This document shows positions 17,681 through 27,717 of a stretch of DNA of 64,000 nucleotides, piece after piece. Both the position numbers and the translations under genes were made by a program. The stretch's first letter is position 1, and the number at the start of each line of letters is the position of its first letter. Source of the DNA: a candidate division WOR-3 bacterium (lineage in GTDB: Bacteria > Hydrothermota > Tepidihabitantia > SM23-42); contig JACUUY010000001.1 in the NCBI GenBank assembly GCA_014859085.1, forward strand, positions 2,896 through 66,895, written 5' to 3'. The notes under the pieces are model-generated. The model did no database searches. It saw nothing but the letters and a program-made list of their open reading frames with translations, and was not told the origin of the DNA.

Positions 17681-18729
17681 CTTACCCCCGATCCCGTGGG
17701 GTTGGCAAGCACGTACTGACCGAACCCGTGACGGTCGACGAAGATGAACCGCAGATTGTCCCGGTAGTACAGCCATACTTCATACGGGAAGGAGTCGATT
17801 TCGTAGGGATAGCGCTGGATCTCGTCGGGCGACCCGTGTTTTACAAAGATCCGCGCCCGGTCACTGCGCCAGCCGCGGTCGCCGCCTGAGAAGTTCTTCT
17901 CGGCGTAGGCGATCCGCTCAAAGTACTCGACCTCTTTTTCATTGTATGCCGTGTTCGGCGTCGGATCCAAGTTCTTCCAGAATGCGGTCCACAGCGAATC
18001 GCGGGTCGAAACCTCGGACTGTTTCAGGACCTTCATTTCGGATGGTGTCGCGATGTACTGCAGTTGATCCACTTTCAGCGACCAGGTTTTCTCATCAAGG
18101 TAGAATGGTCGCGTGACTTTGACCGGCACGATGGACTCGTCGATCTTCCTTTGTTCCGCATAGATGAATAATTTCAACTCATAGTCATCGATCGGAAGTC
18201 CGCCGACGTAGAACATGAGGGATTCGGCATGAGTGCCCCGACGGGCCTTCGTTGTACTTCTCAAATCCTCTATCGCCGCCGCTATGCTGTCGATATTGCC
18301 ATGCTGGTTGAGAACGGTGAACCTTAAATACATTGTATCATTCTTGACCGTATAGTGAATGCCGGCCAGGTTCCTCGCCTGGGCGAGCTTCTGGCTTGCC
18401 GTGAATATCTCACCGGCATGCAGGTCAAGAATCCTCAGCACAAAATAGTCGCCGTCTGCCGGGATGTGGAGCTTGACCGAATCCGCGATGCCGGCCGCCT
18501 CTTCGCCTTCGGAAACCTGCCGCCGCCAGTAGTCGCCGGTCAGTTGGCGGTTCGTCTTGTCATACAGCGTGAGTTGGATCTCGTACCGGGCACGGAAATC
18601 ATTCCCGGCGGAGATGTACTGCAATTTTTGCCTCGGTATGTTAATGTACGTCACGAGTTCCTGCAGTGAATCACGATGCACCCGGGTCATGGCCTGGTAC
18701 TCGATCTGGAAGAAGAGGAAAAATATCAT
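17677..18729 (-). CDS. GWxTD-domain protein (paralog 2)
   Basis: 350 aa. C-terminal GGDRGWRSDRARIFVKHGSPDEI...YEVWLY...FIFVDRHGFGQYVLA. It shares N-terminal and C-terminal similarity with 16400..17680 (tandem duplication). AAGGAG Shine-Dalgarno 9 nt before the ATG. Confidence 0.55.
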   Translation of the reverse strand: MIFFLFFQIEYQAMTRVHRDSLQELVTYINIPRQKLQYISAGNDFRARYEIQLTLYDKTNRQLTGDYWRRQVSEGEEAAGIADSVKLHIPADGDYFVLRILDLHAGEIFTASQKLAQARNLAGIHYTVKNDTMYLRFTVLNQHGNIDSIAAAIEDLRSTTKARRGTHAESLMFYVGGLPIDDYELKLFIYAEQRKIDESIVPVKVTRPFYLDEKTWSLKVDQLQYIATPSEMKVLKQSEVSTRDSLWTAFWKNLDPTPNTAYNEKEVEYFERIAYAEKNFSGGDRGWRSDRARIFVKHGSPDEIQRYPYEIDSFPYEVWLYYRDNLRFIFVDRHGFGQYVLANPTGSGVR

Positions 18730-18742
18730 ATGATTTCTCTCC

Positions 18743-21073
18743 TTATTTCTTGCTGGGGAATACTCTGTTCAACGCTTGTTCGATCTTTGACGCGAAGATG
18801 AATGACAGTCCGGTGCGAACGTGCCTTGGGATTTCCTGCAGGTCTTTTTCATTCTCCTTTGGCAGCATGATCTTTGCGATGCCGGCTCTCTTTGCGGCAA
18901 TCACTTTTTCCTTTATGCCGCCGACCGGCAGGACGCGTCCGGAAAGCGTGATCTCACCGGAAAATGCGATCTTGGGATCGATCGGTTCGTTCCTCATCAG
19001 TGAAGCCAGAGACATTACCACGGCAAGACCCGCTGAAGGACCGTCCTTGGGAATGGCGCCGGATGGAATGTGCACGTGGAGTTCCTGGTTCTCAAAGCCC
19101 TCTTCCTCGATCCCCCACCGTGTCAGCTTTGTCTTCAGATACGAGAGTGCGGCCTGGCACGATTCCTTCATGACATCCCCGAGCAGGCCGGTCAGTATCA
19201 GTCCCTTCTTCCCCCTGGTTTGCAGCGATTCGATGAAGAGTATCTCGCCGCCGTAAGGCGTCCAGGCAAGCCCGGTGGCCACGCCGACCTGTCCGGCGCG
19301 CGCGGCAACCTCACCAGGGATCTTCTGGGGCCCCAACAGGCGGGACAGGTTCTTCGCGGTGATCCTGCTCTTGCCGCGTTTGCCTTCGGCAACGCGCTTG
19401 GCTACTTTGCGGCAGATGGATCCGATCAACCGCTCGAGATTTCTCACGCCCGCCTCTTTTGTATAGTTGCTGATGATGTTCTTCACGGCCTCGTCTTCAA
19501 AGGCAATGCCGTTTGATTTCAACCCCGTTTCACTGATTTGGCGCGGGATTAAGTATTTCCGGGCGATCTCCAATTTCTCCTCGAGGATGTACCCCGGCAG
19601 TTCGATTATCTCCATGCGGTCTCTCAGCGCCGGGATTATCGAATCGACGACATTACCCGTGGCGATGAACATGACGCGCGATAGATCAAAAGGCACTTCA
19701 AGATAATGGTCGGAAAAAGCGTTATTCTGCTCGGGGTCGAGCACCTCGAGCAATGCCGAGGATGGATCGCCGCGGAAATCAGCGCCCACCTTGTCGATCT
19801 CGTCGAGCATGAATACTGGATTGTTCGTCCCGCAGTTCTTTATCGACTGAATGATGCGGCCGGGTAAAGCGCCGACGTACGTTCTGCGGTGGCCGCGTAT
19901 TTCGGCTTCGTCCCGAATGCCGCCCAGGGATATCCGAATGAATTTCCTTTCCAGGGCGCGGGCGATGGATTTGCCGAGCGAGGTCTTGCCGACACCGGGC
20001 GGTCCGATGAAACAGAGGATCGTACCCCGGGAATCGGGTTTTAGTTTCTTTACGGCAAGATATTCAAGGATCCTTGATTTCACTTTCTCCAGATCGTAAT
20101 GGTCCTCGTCGAGGATCCTCTGCGCCCGGCTGATATTGATGTTATCCTGCGTCGAGATCGACCAGGGTAATGAGACGAGCCAGTCTATGTATGTACGGGA
20201 AACCGTGTACTCGGCAGCCTGGGGCGGCATCTTTGCGAGACGGTCTAGTTCTTTCAGCGCCACCTTGTTGGTCGGCTCCGGCATTCTGGCTTCCATTATT
20301 TTCTTTCTCAGATCCTCCACTTCCCGCGTCTGCTCGTCCGTTTCACCGAGTTCGCGCTGGATCGCTTTCAGTTGCTCCCGGAGATAGAATTCGCGCTGGC
20401 CTTTGTCCAACTCGCTCTTCACGTCAGAGCGGATCTTGGCGCCGAGTTCGAGGATACTGATCTCCTTCTGGAGCATCGGGATGAGCCGTGTGAAGCGTTC
20501 CTTGGGATCGGTTAGCTCGAGCAGAGTCTGTTTTTCGTTGTAGTCGAAGTTGATCGTGCTGGTCACGAAATCGATCAGATTGTCGGGATTCTCCATGTTG
20601 AGGACGACCGCGGCGTATTCATCGGGCAGGTAGGGTGCGAGCGAAACGAGGTGCTGGAACATCACAACCACGTTGCGGACCATTGCCTCGAGCGCGACCG
20701 TCTTCCGGTAGGCCGGGGCAATGGTCTCGATCCTGGCTTTCAGGTACGGTTCTTGCTGCGTGAATGTGGCGACCCTGAAGCGTTTGAGTCCTTTGATCAG
20801 CAGCCGTATCGTGCCGTCCGGGAAACGGAGCATCTTTGTGATCTGAATGACGCAGCCGACCGTGAAGACTTCATCGGGCCGCGGATCCTCGATGTCCGGA
20901 TTGCGCTGGGTCAGGGCGCACGCAAGTTTGTTCGTCGTTAGCAGTTCATCGATCAGTTTCGCAAGTTTCGGCGTGTGGATGATAAGCGGCACTATCTGAT
21001 CCGGGAATATCACACCCCCTTTGATCGGAATGATGCCTAATTCTTCAGGTATCTTTATCGAAGTGTCGATCAA
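18743..21073 (-). CDS. lon: ATP-dependent Lon protease (La)
   Basis: 776 aa. Lon N-domain, Walker [16 protein letters not shown], and S16 protease motif [19 protein letters not shown] start. Confidence 0.9.
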   Translation of the reverse strand: MIDTSIKIPEELGIIPIKGGVIFPDQIVPLIIHTPKLAKLIDELLTTNKLACALTQRNPDIEDPRPDEVFTVGCVIQITKMLRFPDGTIRLLIKGLKRFRVATFTQQEPYLKARIETIAPAYRKTVALEAMVRNVVVMFQHLVSLAPYLPDEYAAVVLNMENPDNLIDFVTSTINFDYNEKQTLLELTDPKERFTRLIPMLQKEISILELGAKIRSDVKSELDKGQREFYLREQLKAIQRELGETDEQTREVEDLRKKIMEARMPEPTNKVALKELDRLAKMPPQAAEYTVSRTYIDWLVSLPWSISTQDNINISRAQRILDEDHYDLEKVKSRILEYLAVKKLKPDSRGTILCFIGPPGVGKTSLGKSIARALERKFIRISLGGIRDEAEIRGHRRTYVGALPGRIIQSIKNCGTNNPVFMLDEIDKVGADFRGDPSSALLEVLDPEQNNAFSDHYLEVPFDLSRVMFIATGNVVDSIIPALRDRMEIIELPGYILEEKLEIARKYLIPRQISETGLKSNGIAFEDEAVKNIISNYTKEAGVRNLERLIGSICRKVAKRVAEGKRGKSRITAKNLSRLLGPQKIPGEVAARAGQVGVATGLAWTPYGGEILFIESLQTRGKKGLILTGLLGDVMKESCQAALSYLKTKLTRWGIEEEGFENQELHVHIPSGAIPKDGPSAGLAVVMSLASLMRNEPIDPKIAFSGEITLSGRVLPVGGIKEKVIAAKRAGIAKIMLPKENEKDLQEIPRHVRTGLSFIFASKIEQALNRVFPSKK

Positions 21074-21225
21074 TTATAGCCCGCCTTTGGTTTCCACCGG
21101 CCTTTGCCGGTTGATGGGCAAAACGGCGCCAGGTATCGCTCCAACGGCGCGCACGCCCGTTATTCTTCCCTGCAATTTGGACAGCATACCGCAGAGGATG
21201 TTTATCTCACTCTCGGCACGCGCCA

Positions 21226-21654
21226 TCAGTCTCCTTCAACCGGAATGATCTTCTCCTGCAGGGTTTTGCACTCGATCTTCAGGATGCCGTCCGTAACCTC
21301 ATACCGGTACTGCTCCGCCTCGACCGGGATCGGGAAGTCTATTCGGCGATAGAATGCGCCGAACGGTATCTCGAAGGTGTGGAAGATGCAGCGCTCTTCG
21401 GCAATGTCCGGTGGTGGGGTACGATTCCCGGCGATGATCATGTGTCGGCGGTGGAGGAACACGGCTGTGTTCTGCAGGGCGACGCCTGGAAGTTCGATGT
21501 GTACGATTATCGCTTCGCTCGTAGTGTAGAGATTGTACAATGGTTGCCATCCCGTGATCTCGGAGAAGATACCGATGTCCCCGTGGTCAATGCTCTCGCC
21601 GACGATGAATCTGAGGCCTTTTTCCCGGCAATTGTTCGCGGCCGATCGCTTCAA
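21226..21654 (-). CDS. Hsp20/alpha-crystallin family small heat-shock protein
   Basis: 142 aa. The alpha-crystallin domain pattern W.P...L......IVHIELPGV....V........IAGNR....FEIPFGAFYRRIDFP..V......Y...DGILKIECK is present. There is a 4-nt ATGA overlap with the upstream HEAT-repeat gene. Confidence 0.55.
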   Translation of the reverse strand: MKRSAANNCREKGLRFIVGESIDHGDIGIFSEITGWQPLYNLYTTSEAIIVHIELPGVALQNTAVFLHRRHMIIAGNRTPPPDIAEERCIFHTFEIPFGAFYRRIDFPIPVEAEQYRYEVTDGILKIECKTLQEKIIPVEGD

Positions 21655-23843
21655 TCCGTTCTCTCCTCGGCGGCGGCGGTGATGCGCTGCAGAACATCCT
21701 GGGCCGTACCGGCGATGAAGCGGTTGCGGCTGTTCGCCGCTTTCTGCAACACCTGCATGGCTTTTGGCGTGCTGATCTGCGCCAGGGCATTGAGCGCAGC
21801 CGCTTTGGTCGGCTGCAACAGGCTGCGCTTGAACAAGACACGGTCCTTGACGACGGCGATCAAAGCGTTCACGACCGCGTCCTCCTTGCTTTTAGCAATA
21901 GCCTGGATGACCGTGGTCCGGAAATGCTCTTCGGTCTCGTCCGGTATCGACTTCTGTCTCTTCAGCCACTGCAGCACCCTGGGGAGTTTTGTTTTGAAAT
22001 CCTCCGGATCCAGGCACTTCATTGCCTCGAGCGTGACCTGTGGGTTTTTGCTGTTCAGTGCTTTCTTGATATACGCGGTTGACCTGGCGCCGCCGATCTT
22101 GTTGAGACTTGCAATCACCTCGAGCTGGATCTGGATGCTTTCTTCGTTGATCAATTTGCCGATATCGTCGATTGCCGATTCTGCCTTCAACTCGCCCAGG
22201 ATGAAAACGCCATTACGCCGCGCATACCACTCATCCGCCTCAAGCAGCCTGAGAATTTCGGGGATGGCCTTGTCGCTCATCCGTTTCAGTGTGTCAAGGA
22301 TCTTCATCCGGACCGCGTAGTCATCGGCCTCGCGCAGTGTCTGGACCAGCATCGGCACGGAATGGTCGGCAATTGCGATCAGAGCTTCCCTCGCTTCACC
22401 GTAGGTGCCCGGTGCCCACAATGAGGATAGCAATTCGGGAACGTATGTAGGATCGCGTGTCTCGCCGATGGCCTTGATCACAAAGCGCTTCCGTTCATGG
22501 AATATCGTATCTTTACGCATCAGGTATTTGGCGAATTTCTTGGCGATGAATTCCATTACCTCGGCATTGTTCCGGTCCCGCGCTTTTATATAGAGTATCT
22601 TCATCGCATCGATCGCCTTGGCGAACGCGGCAAGGTCGGATTCGGCCTCGGCCATCGCATCGAGGCGGTTAGCCATGAGGCAAACCAGATCGAAATTCTC
22701 GGCTTCGAACAGGCGGTCCGCGAACGCGACCAGTTCATCAACCGCATTGACCCGTTCTTCGATCGATTTGCTGCGCAGCACCGGGAAGTGGCTCTTCATT
22801 TCCATCTCGAGGTGTTTGATCGAATACTTGAGCGCCGACTCGCTGCTCTTCGTCGTCCTCACCCTTTTCAGCAACTGATCGATGAAGTCATGCGTGTACA
22901 CATCCGGCGCGCGTTCTCCGAGCGTCGTCAGGATATCGGGCAGCTTTGTGCTCGATACATTCCTGAGGATGTCAACGACCTCTTTGTCCGAATCCGGCGT
23001 CTTCTTCCTGGCGATCGTGGTAATGATCTCGACGATGTCCTCGTCGTCCATGGTCGGCACCAGCTTGCGGAACATGTCAACCAATTTCGCGTTCTCGGAC
23101 CGGTACCGGATGATGTTCTTCTTGACCGAGGGCGACAGGATGGCAAGGATCCTCGAGAATACCAGCGAGTATTCGTGCCACCTTTCCTCGCCATACCGGT
23201 CCTTGATCCTAAGCGAGAGTTTTTCGAGTCCGGTCAGTATCTTCTCGGCCTGCGTGTCCATCGAATCTTCTCCGGTGATGCCAAGTGCGCCGAGGAAATT
23301 ACCGAGTTCCTTGAGTCTATCTTCTTCGGTCTTGGGCGCTTCCGATGTAATGATCGATTCCAGGAAGTTATCCCAATCCAATTCGCGAAATTCATCCTCC
23401 GAGGTCACGACGCCGACACGGTAGATGTTCACCTTGATGCCGGTGATCGCACGAAGGCGCAACACGACCGCGACATCGCCGTAGTCATCGATCTCGGCCG
23501 GCGGCAAGGCCATGACCGAGAAGAATTCCTTGAGATCGTGCTCGCCGGCTTCGGTGTTGAACGTGATGCTGTTCACGCCCACTTGGGTGCATATATCGAT
23601 CAGGTATTTCACGATCGGTATTCTTGCCGAATCGAAGCGCTCGTCATCGATCTTCAGTACACTTTCGATGATGATTATCGAGACGACCCGCTTTTCGATC
23701 CGCAGTTCGTCGAACAGCGCCCGCAGGCGGTGGATCGTGCGATCCATGGACGGGTGACCTTCTGGATAGGTGCGCGCAAGGTAAATGCCCATCCTCAGCA
23801 GTTTAAGCAGGTCGTCGTATAGCTTCAGTACATTCTCTTCCAT
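21651..23843 (-). CDS. HEAT-repeat (PBS-lyase-like) protein with unknown N-terminal domain
   Basis: 730 aa. The C-terminal half has repeated AVR..A...LG..KA..A...LL...D.D..VR..A..AL-type HEAT motifs (AVRMKILDTLKRMSDKAIPEILRLLEADEWYARRNGVFILGEL...). It is translationally coupled to the genes on both sides. Confidence 0.6.
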   Translation of the reverse strand: MEENVLKLYDDLLKLLRMGIYLARTYPEGHPSMDRTIHRLRALFDELRIEKRVVSIIIIESVLKIDDERFDSARIPIVKYLIDICTQVGVNSITFNTEAGEHDLKEFFSVMALPPAEIDDYGDVAVVLRLRAITGIKVNIYRVGVVTSEDEFRELDWDNFLESIITSEAPKTEEDRLKELGNFLGALGITGEDSMDTQAEKILTGLEKLSLRIKDRYGEERWHEYSLVFSRILAILSPSVKKNIIRYRSENAKLVDMFRKLVPTMDDEDIVEIITTIARKKTPDSDKEVVDILRNVSSTKLPDILTTLGERAPDVYTHDFIDQLLKRVRTTKSSESALKYSIKHLEMEMKSHFPVLRSKSIEERVNAVDELVAFADRLFEAENFDLVCLMANRLDAMAEAESDLAAFAKAIDAMKILYIKARDRNNAEVMEFIAKKFAKYLMRKDTIFHERKRFVIKAIGETRDPTYVPELLSSLWAPGTYGEAREALIAIADHSVPMLVQTLREADDYAVRMKILDTLKRMSDKAIPEILRLLEADEWYARRNGVFILGELKAESAIDDIGKLINEESIQIQLEVIASLNKIGGARSTAYIKKALNSKNPQVTLEAMKCLDPEDFKTKLPRVLQWLKRQKSIPDETEEHFRTTVIQAIAKSKEDAVVNALIAVVKDRVLFKRSLLQPTKAAALNALAQISTPKAMQVLQKAANSRNRFIAGTAQDVLQRITAAAEERTD

Positions 23844-24490
23844 TAGCCTCTCAATTTAAGCTGGTACTCGTATGCCTGAACGCCAAGAGATTCTTCCACG
23901 AATTCGCCGACTTCACGGTAGGCAAAGAATCCCTTGGTGACCCGGTATAGATTCTCACCGACAAGAATAGTGTTGCTCGCGGCGTTCTTCTGTAGTATCT
24001 GGCTCTTGCGGAATCCCTTGGTCAGGATCAGTGCATTTCTCACGTTCTGGTTAAGGTCGAAGATCGATGCAGGTTCGATCTCGGCGCCAACCTTGAGACC
24101 GATCGGGCTCTTGAAACTCCCCTTTTTGTTGAAATCGAACAACTTATTGAACATTTCCTCGGCGGTCAATATCGCCATGTGAGGCGCGAACCCCGATTCG
24201 AGATCGAGCCCGAAGATGCTGACGATCTCGTCACCGATCACCTGATATATGGTCCCTTTGTTGGCCGATATGATCTGCGCAAAGACGCTGAATATCTCGT
24301 TGAGCAGGGCCATGACGTCTTCGGCGATCATTGCTTCGCTCATCGTGGTGAACCCGGAGAGGTCGACGCGCAGGAAGGTCAGTTTCAGATCATCGAACGG
24401 TGAGGCGGTCTGATCGCGGAGGGCCGCCCCGCACCACTGGCAGAAATTGAGTGCCGGCGCGGTTTCTTTCTGGCAGCTATTGCATACCAT
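23843..24490 (-). CDS. Zn-ribbon plus class III nucleotidyl cyclase homology domain protein (small subunit; degenerate Arg position)
   Basis: 215 aa. N-terminal CxxC...CxxC (MVCNSCQ...CQWCG). The cyclase domain retains both metal-binding Asp motifs (LRVDLSGFT; VIGDEIVSIFG) and the Asn (KNAASN), but has Asn in place of the transition-state Arg (ASR->ASN). Alignment was done by eye. Confidence 0.55.
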   Translation of the reverse strand: MVCNSCQKETAPALNFCQWCGAALRDQTASPFDDLKLTFLRVDLSGFTTMSEAMIAEDVMALLNEIFSVFAQIISANKGTIYQVIGDEIVSIFGLDLESGFAPHMAILTAEEMFNKLFDFNKKGSFKSPIGLKVGAEIEPASIFDLNQNVRNALILTKGFRKSQILQKNAASNTILVGENLYRVTKGFFAYREVGEFVEESLGVQAYEYQLKLRG

Positions 24491-24491
24491 G

Positions 24492-27400
24492 CTATATCTC
24501 CAGCAGTTTCGAATATTCCGGCCGGCGCGTGTAGTATTGACGGTTCGCGCTGCTCAGTCGCGACTTGATGTCGTCATAAACGAGGAGTGCTTTTCGGCCG
24601 TAGTAGCGGGCTTGTTCGATGTTATCTTTTTGAAGAAAAACGAGAGCAATTCGGTATAGCGCATCGGCGATCAACGGCGGCAGTTTCATGCGTTCGGCCA
24701 GGTCCAGCGCTTTCTTCGCGTCTTCCATGCCGTGATTCTTGTCGATCATGGACCGCAGTATGTAACACTGGAATTCGATCTCGCGCTGATTCGACCTTTC
24801 TGCAATCTCAATGCTGTTAAGCGCGTAGTCGCTGGCTTTCTTGTAATCGCGGCTGTTATAGTGGACGAGGCCTTTTTTCAAGGCGATCTCAGCGAGGAGG
24901 CTTTCGCGAACGAGAAAGGACATCTTGCGATCGACGTCCTTAAGGTAGTCGGCGACCCGGTCTGATTCGCCGTTCAGAGAACAGATGCAGGCGAGGTCGA
25001 GCGCCGATCTGATGTACGCGTCGAGACTACCGACCGAATCCGCGGTCATCAGACACTCGCTGAGCACATTCTTTGCCTTCTCGATATTCCATATCTCGTA
25101 GTCAACGCCGGCAACGAGATATTGCAGTTCAATGTTTTTTCTGATGTCCGCGACATCGACGAGGATCTCCAGCCCGTATTGAAGATATTCAAGGGCTTTT
25201 TCGTAGTTGCCCAGACCCTTATGCAACCTTGACAGGTTTAGCAGGCAGAGTATCTCGGCTTCCTTAATGTCATTTGCGCGGGCCGTCCGCCAGCTGAGAT
25301 TATAGTTCAACAGGCAACTGTCATATTCATAGCGGCTTGCATAGAGCATTCCCAGGTTCGCGTAAAGAATGGGCAGGATGTGCGTCATCTGCTCATCACA
25401 TTTCTCAATGCTCGAAACAAGGAGTTCCTCGGCCTGCTCCGTGCGGTTGAGCAGGATCAGTCCATAGGCCGCGCGTTCGGCAAAGAGCACGGCGTTCTTA
25501 TTGTCGTGGTCCTGACGCGCTTCGAACAACCTCTCGCGGGCAGTTTTCTCCATCTTGCTGATGTCGCCCTTGATCTCATAAATGTCTATGATGTTGAGCA
25601 TGATGTCGCGGTACAGGTCTTTTGGCAGATCGTAGCTATGATCTTTCTTGATACTGAGCACTTGTTCATAGAAGGCAAGCGCCTGGTCGATCGCATACAG
25701 ATTCTTGGCTTTGTCGCCGGCAAGCTTGTAGTACTTCGTTGCGTTGTGATACTGGTCGCAGGCGAGGTAGTGCTGCGCGACATCTTCATAAAATGAGGAA
25801 ATGTTGTCGGCGTAGATCTGCTCGAACAGACCGGCAACCTGAAAATGCACTTCCTTGCGTTTCCGGACCGGCAGGACCGTATAGGCCGCATCGCGGAGCA
25901 GATTGTGCCGGAAGATGTATATCGGGTCATCTCCGGCGGCGGATAAGACGATATATCCCTCGGCGTTCAACTGGTCAAGATGCTCCTGCAGGTCGGGCCG
26001 GGGCAGGAGTTCCCTCAGAATACGGAGGCTGAAACGGTAACCGATCACCGAAGCATAATCGATTATGAGGCGCGCATCCAGGGTGAGGGAATCGATCGTC
26101 GACATGACCATGCCGTACAGGTCATCGAGGAAGACGAGGGTCTGTTTTCTTGCGAGGTACCATTTGCCGGCGGTCTGGTGGATTATCTTGTTGCGTCGTG
26201 TGTTGCGAATGGCTTCGATCGTGAAGAGCGGGTTACCACCGGCTTCGCGGTAGATGAAATCAGTGAGGCTGTCATCGACATTACCCAGGATATGCTGCAC
26301 GAGCGCGTAGATGTGTTGTCGTGGGAGCGGCTTGAGGTCTATTTCCTCGATGCTGGTCGATCCCGGCAGAGAGCCATGATCGGGCACGTTCACGAGCACG
26401 AACATCACTGGTTCCTTCTCCAGTTCGAACATCAAGTATGCAAGGAGCTCCCTGGACATCAGGTCGGCTTGGCCGCATTCCTCAAAGATGAGGATCAGCG
26501 GTTTCCGGTGGGATTCGTCCCGGACGATATTAAGCATTGACGCGTAGATCTCTTCGTTGATCATGCGCAGCTCATCGCTGCGAAGGCGTCCGATGTCGGT
26601 CAGCAGCAGATGCTTGATCCCTTTGGCCAGTGCCGCATTTAGGGTCTCTCCGACGACCATGGCCTCGATGCGTTTGTTTATGCTTTGTTGGTTGTCGAGT
26701 TCGTGCAGTTGCAGCAAGTTTCTGAGCAGGGTCCTGAACGGGAAGTAAGGTGATTGAACGTCGACCGAGCAGTTCGTCTCGAGGCAGAGGACTTCATTGC
26801 TTTTGTGCAGGTGGGCCTCCAGCTCCTCCTTGAGTCGTGTCTTACCGATCCCCAGTTGTCCATTGATGACGCAGCGTAATCCTCCGTGTTTGACTGATTC
26901 CTGAGCAAGCGTGAGCAGTCGCTGCAGTTCAGCTTCCCGGCCGAACAAAGGCATGCGCATTGGTTCGGCCGTGCGGGGCGTGGTTCGGATCTTCTGGAGC
27001 CGGTAAATGTCGACTTTTGTTTCTTTGCCTTTGAGGGTCTGCTCGCCGATGTGCTCGGCGTCAATGTAGCGAAAAACCGCGTTATGTGTGGTTCGGCTCA
27101 TGAGGATCTCGCTCTGCTGGCTCATCTCGGTCAGCCGGGCGGCGGTATTGATGCTGTCGCCGATCACGGTCAGGAAGGGCGATTCTTTGAGCACGAAGCC
27201 GAAGAATGCCCGGCCCGTGTTCATGCCGATCCTGAGATCGGTATCTTTGAGAAACTTCGATTCTTGTTTGTTTTTCAGCCACCAGTCCCGGATGCGGCTG
27301 GCGCAGCGTGTCGCCCTCAGGGCGTCGTCATGATGCGCTTGCGGCGCGCCGAAAATGGCGAGGATCCGGAAATCCGGGATGATACGGTTCGACGTACCGT

Positions 27401-27665
27401 TGTACTCGTCCACAATTTCCTCGATATTACGGAGGAATTGCTGGATATGTTCACTTGTCGCAGCGTATGTGTCCTTCCTGATCAGCCGGTCGATGCCGCT
27501 CAGGTTGACGAAGAATACGGTGAGGAGCCTGAGCTCGCCGCCCAGGAGCCGGAGCCGCTCAGACTCCATTGCGGCGGGTGGCTCCGCTTTCAATGCGGTA
27601 CCGCACCGTGTGCAGAAAATTGCATTATCAGGTATATCCGGAAAATTACAGAGCAGACACTTCAT
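24492..27665 (-). CDS. Zn-ribbon plus class III cyclase homology domain plus STAND/AAA NTPase plus TPR-repeat multidomain protein
   Basis: 1057 aa. N-terminal MKCLLCNF...CTRCG zinc ribbon. The cyclase domain has Asn replacing the first metal Asp (FFVNLSGI) but keeps the second Asp (IIPDF..AIFG) and the Asn/Arg motif (VIGDSINTAARL). Walker A GQLGIGKTRL. The long C-terminal region is TPR-like. Confidence 0.7.
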   Translation of the reverse strand: MKCLLCNFPDIPDNAIFCTRCGTALKAEPPAAMESERLRLLGGELRLLTVFFVNLSGIDRLIRKDTYAATSEHIQQFLRNIEEIVDEYNGTSNRIIPDFRILAIFGAPQAHHDDALRATRCASRIRDWWLKNKQESKFLKDTDLRIGMNTGRAFFGFVLKESPFLTVIGDSINTAARLTEMSQQSEILMSRTTHNAVFRYIDAEHIGEQTLKGKETKVDIYRLQKIRTTPRTAEPMRMPLFGREAELQRLLTLAQESVKHGGLRCVINGQLGIGKTRLKEELEAHLHKSNEVLCLETNCSVDVQSPYFPFRTLLRNLLQLHELDNQQSINKRIEAMVVGETLNAALAKGIKHLLLTDIGRLRSDELRMINEEIYASMLNIVRDESHRKPLILIFEECGQADLMSRELLAYLMFELEKEPVMFVLVNVPDHGSLPGSTSIEEIDLKPLPRQHIYALVQHILGNVDDSLTDFIYREAGGNPLFTIEAIRNTRRNKIIHQTAGKWYLARKQTLVFLDDLYGMVMSTIDSLTLDARLIIDYASVIGYRFSLRILRELLPRPDLQEHLDQLNAEGYIVLSAAGDDPIYIFRHNLLRDAAYTVLPVRKRKEVHFQVAGLFEQIYADNISSFYEDVAQHYLACDQYHNATKYYKLAGDKAKNLYAIDQALAFYEQVLSIKKDHSYDLPKDLYRDIMLNIIDIYEIKGDISKMEKTARERLFEARQDHDNKNAVLFAERAAYGLILLNRTEQAEELLVSSIEKCDEQMTHILPILYANLGMLYASRYEYDSCLLNYNLSWRTARANDIKEAEILCLLNLSRLHKGLGNYEKALEYLQYGLEILVDVADIRKNIELQYLVAGVDYEIWNIEKAKNVLSECLMTADSVGSLDAYIRSALDLACICSLNGESDRVADYLKDVDRKMSFLVRESLLAEIALKKGLVHYNSRDYKKASDYALNSIEIAERSNQREIEFQCYILRSMIDKNHGMEDAKKALDLAERMKLPPLIADALYRIALVFLQKDNIEQARYYGRKALLVYDDIKSRLSSANRQYYTRRPEYSKLLEI

Positions 27666-27688
27666 AATTATCGATAATTCCCTTTCCT

Positions 27689-27717
27689 ATTATATCGCAC
27701 CGGTTCAAATCTTTCAA
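27689..27717 (-). promoter_or_regulatory. sigma70 promoter (TTGAAA, 17 nt, TATAAT) for the cyclase/HEAT/Hsp20 operon
   Basis: Minus strand reads cTTGAAAgatttgaaccggtgcgaTATAATaggaaagggaattatcgataattATG (24-nt leader). Confidence 0.5.

Noticed and set aside
21074-21225. Possible small hairpins (CCGGCctttGCCGG; AACGGGCGtgCGCGCCGTT) between the Hsp20 and lon genes
   Set aside because: Short or imperfect stems without U-tracts. A TATAAT abuts the lon TTG start codon, so I could not place the lon promoter with confidence.
22497-23822. 441-aa plus-strand ORF antisense to the HEAT-repeat gene, and similar antisense ORFs (32172..33479 minus, 55514..56569 plus, 16550..17392 plus, 43390..44097 plus)
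   Set aside because: Each mirrors a well-supported gene on the other strand and has no recognisable motifs. Treated as GC-rich shadow ORFs.
23843-27665. Interpreting the cyclase pair as a Pycsar or CBASS antiphage operon
   Set aside because: No effector with a cyclic-nucleotide-binding, TIR, patatin or pore-forming domain is adjacent. The domain architecture (cyclase-AAA-TPR) is also widespread in non-defence signalling proteins. Kept only as a signalling-module hypothesis.
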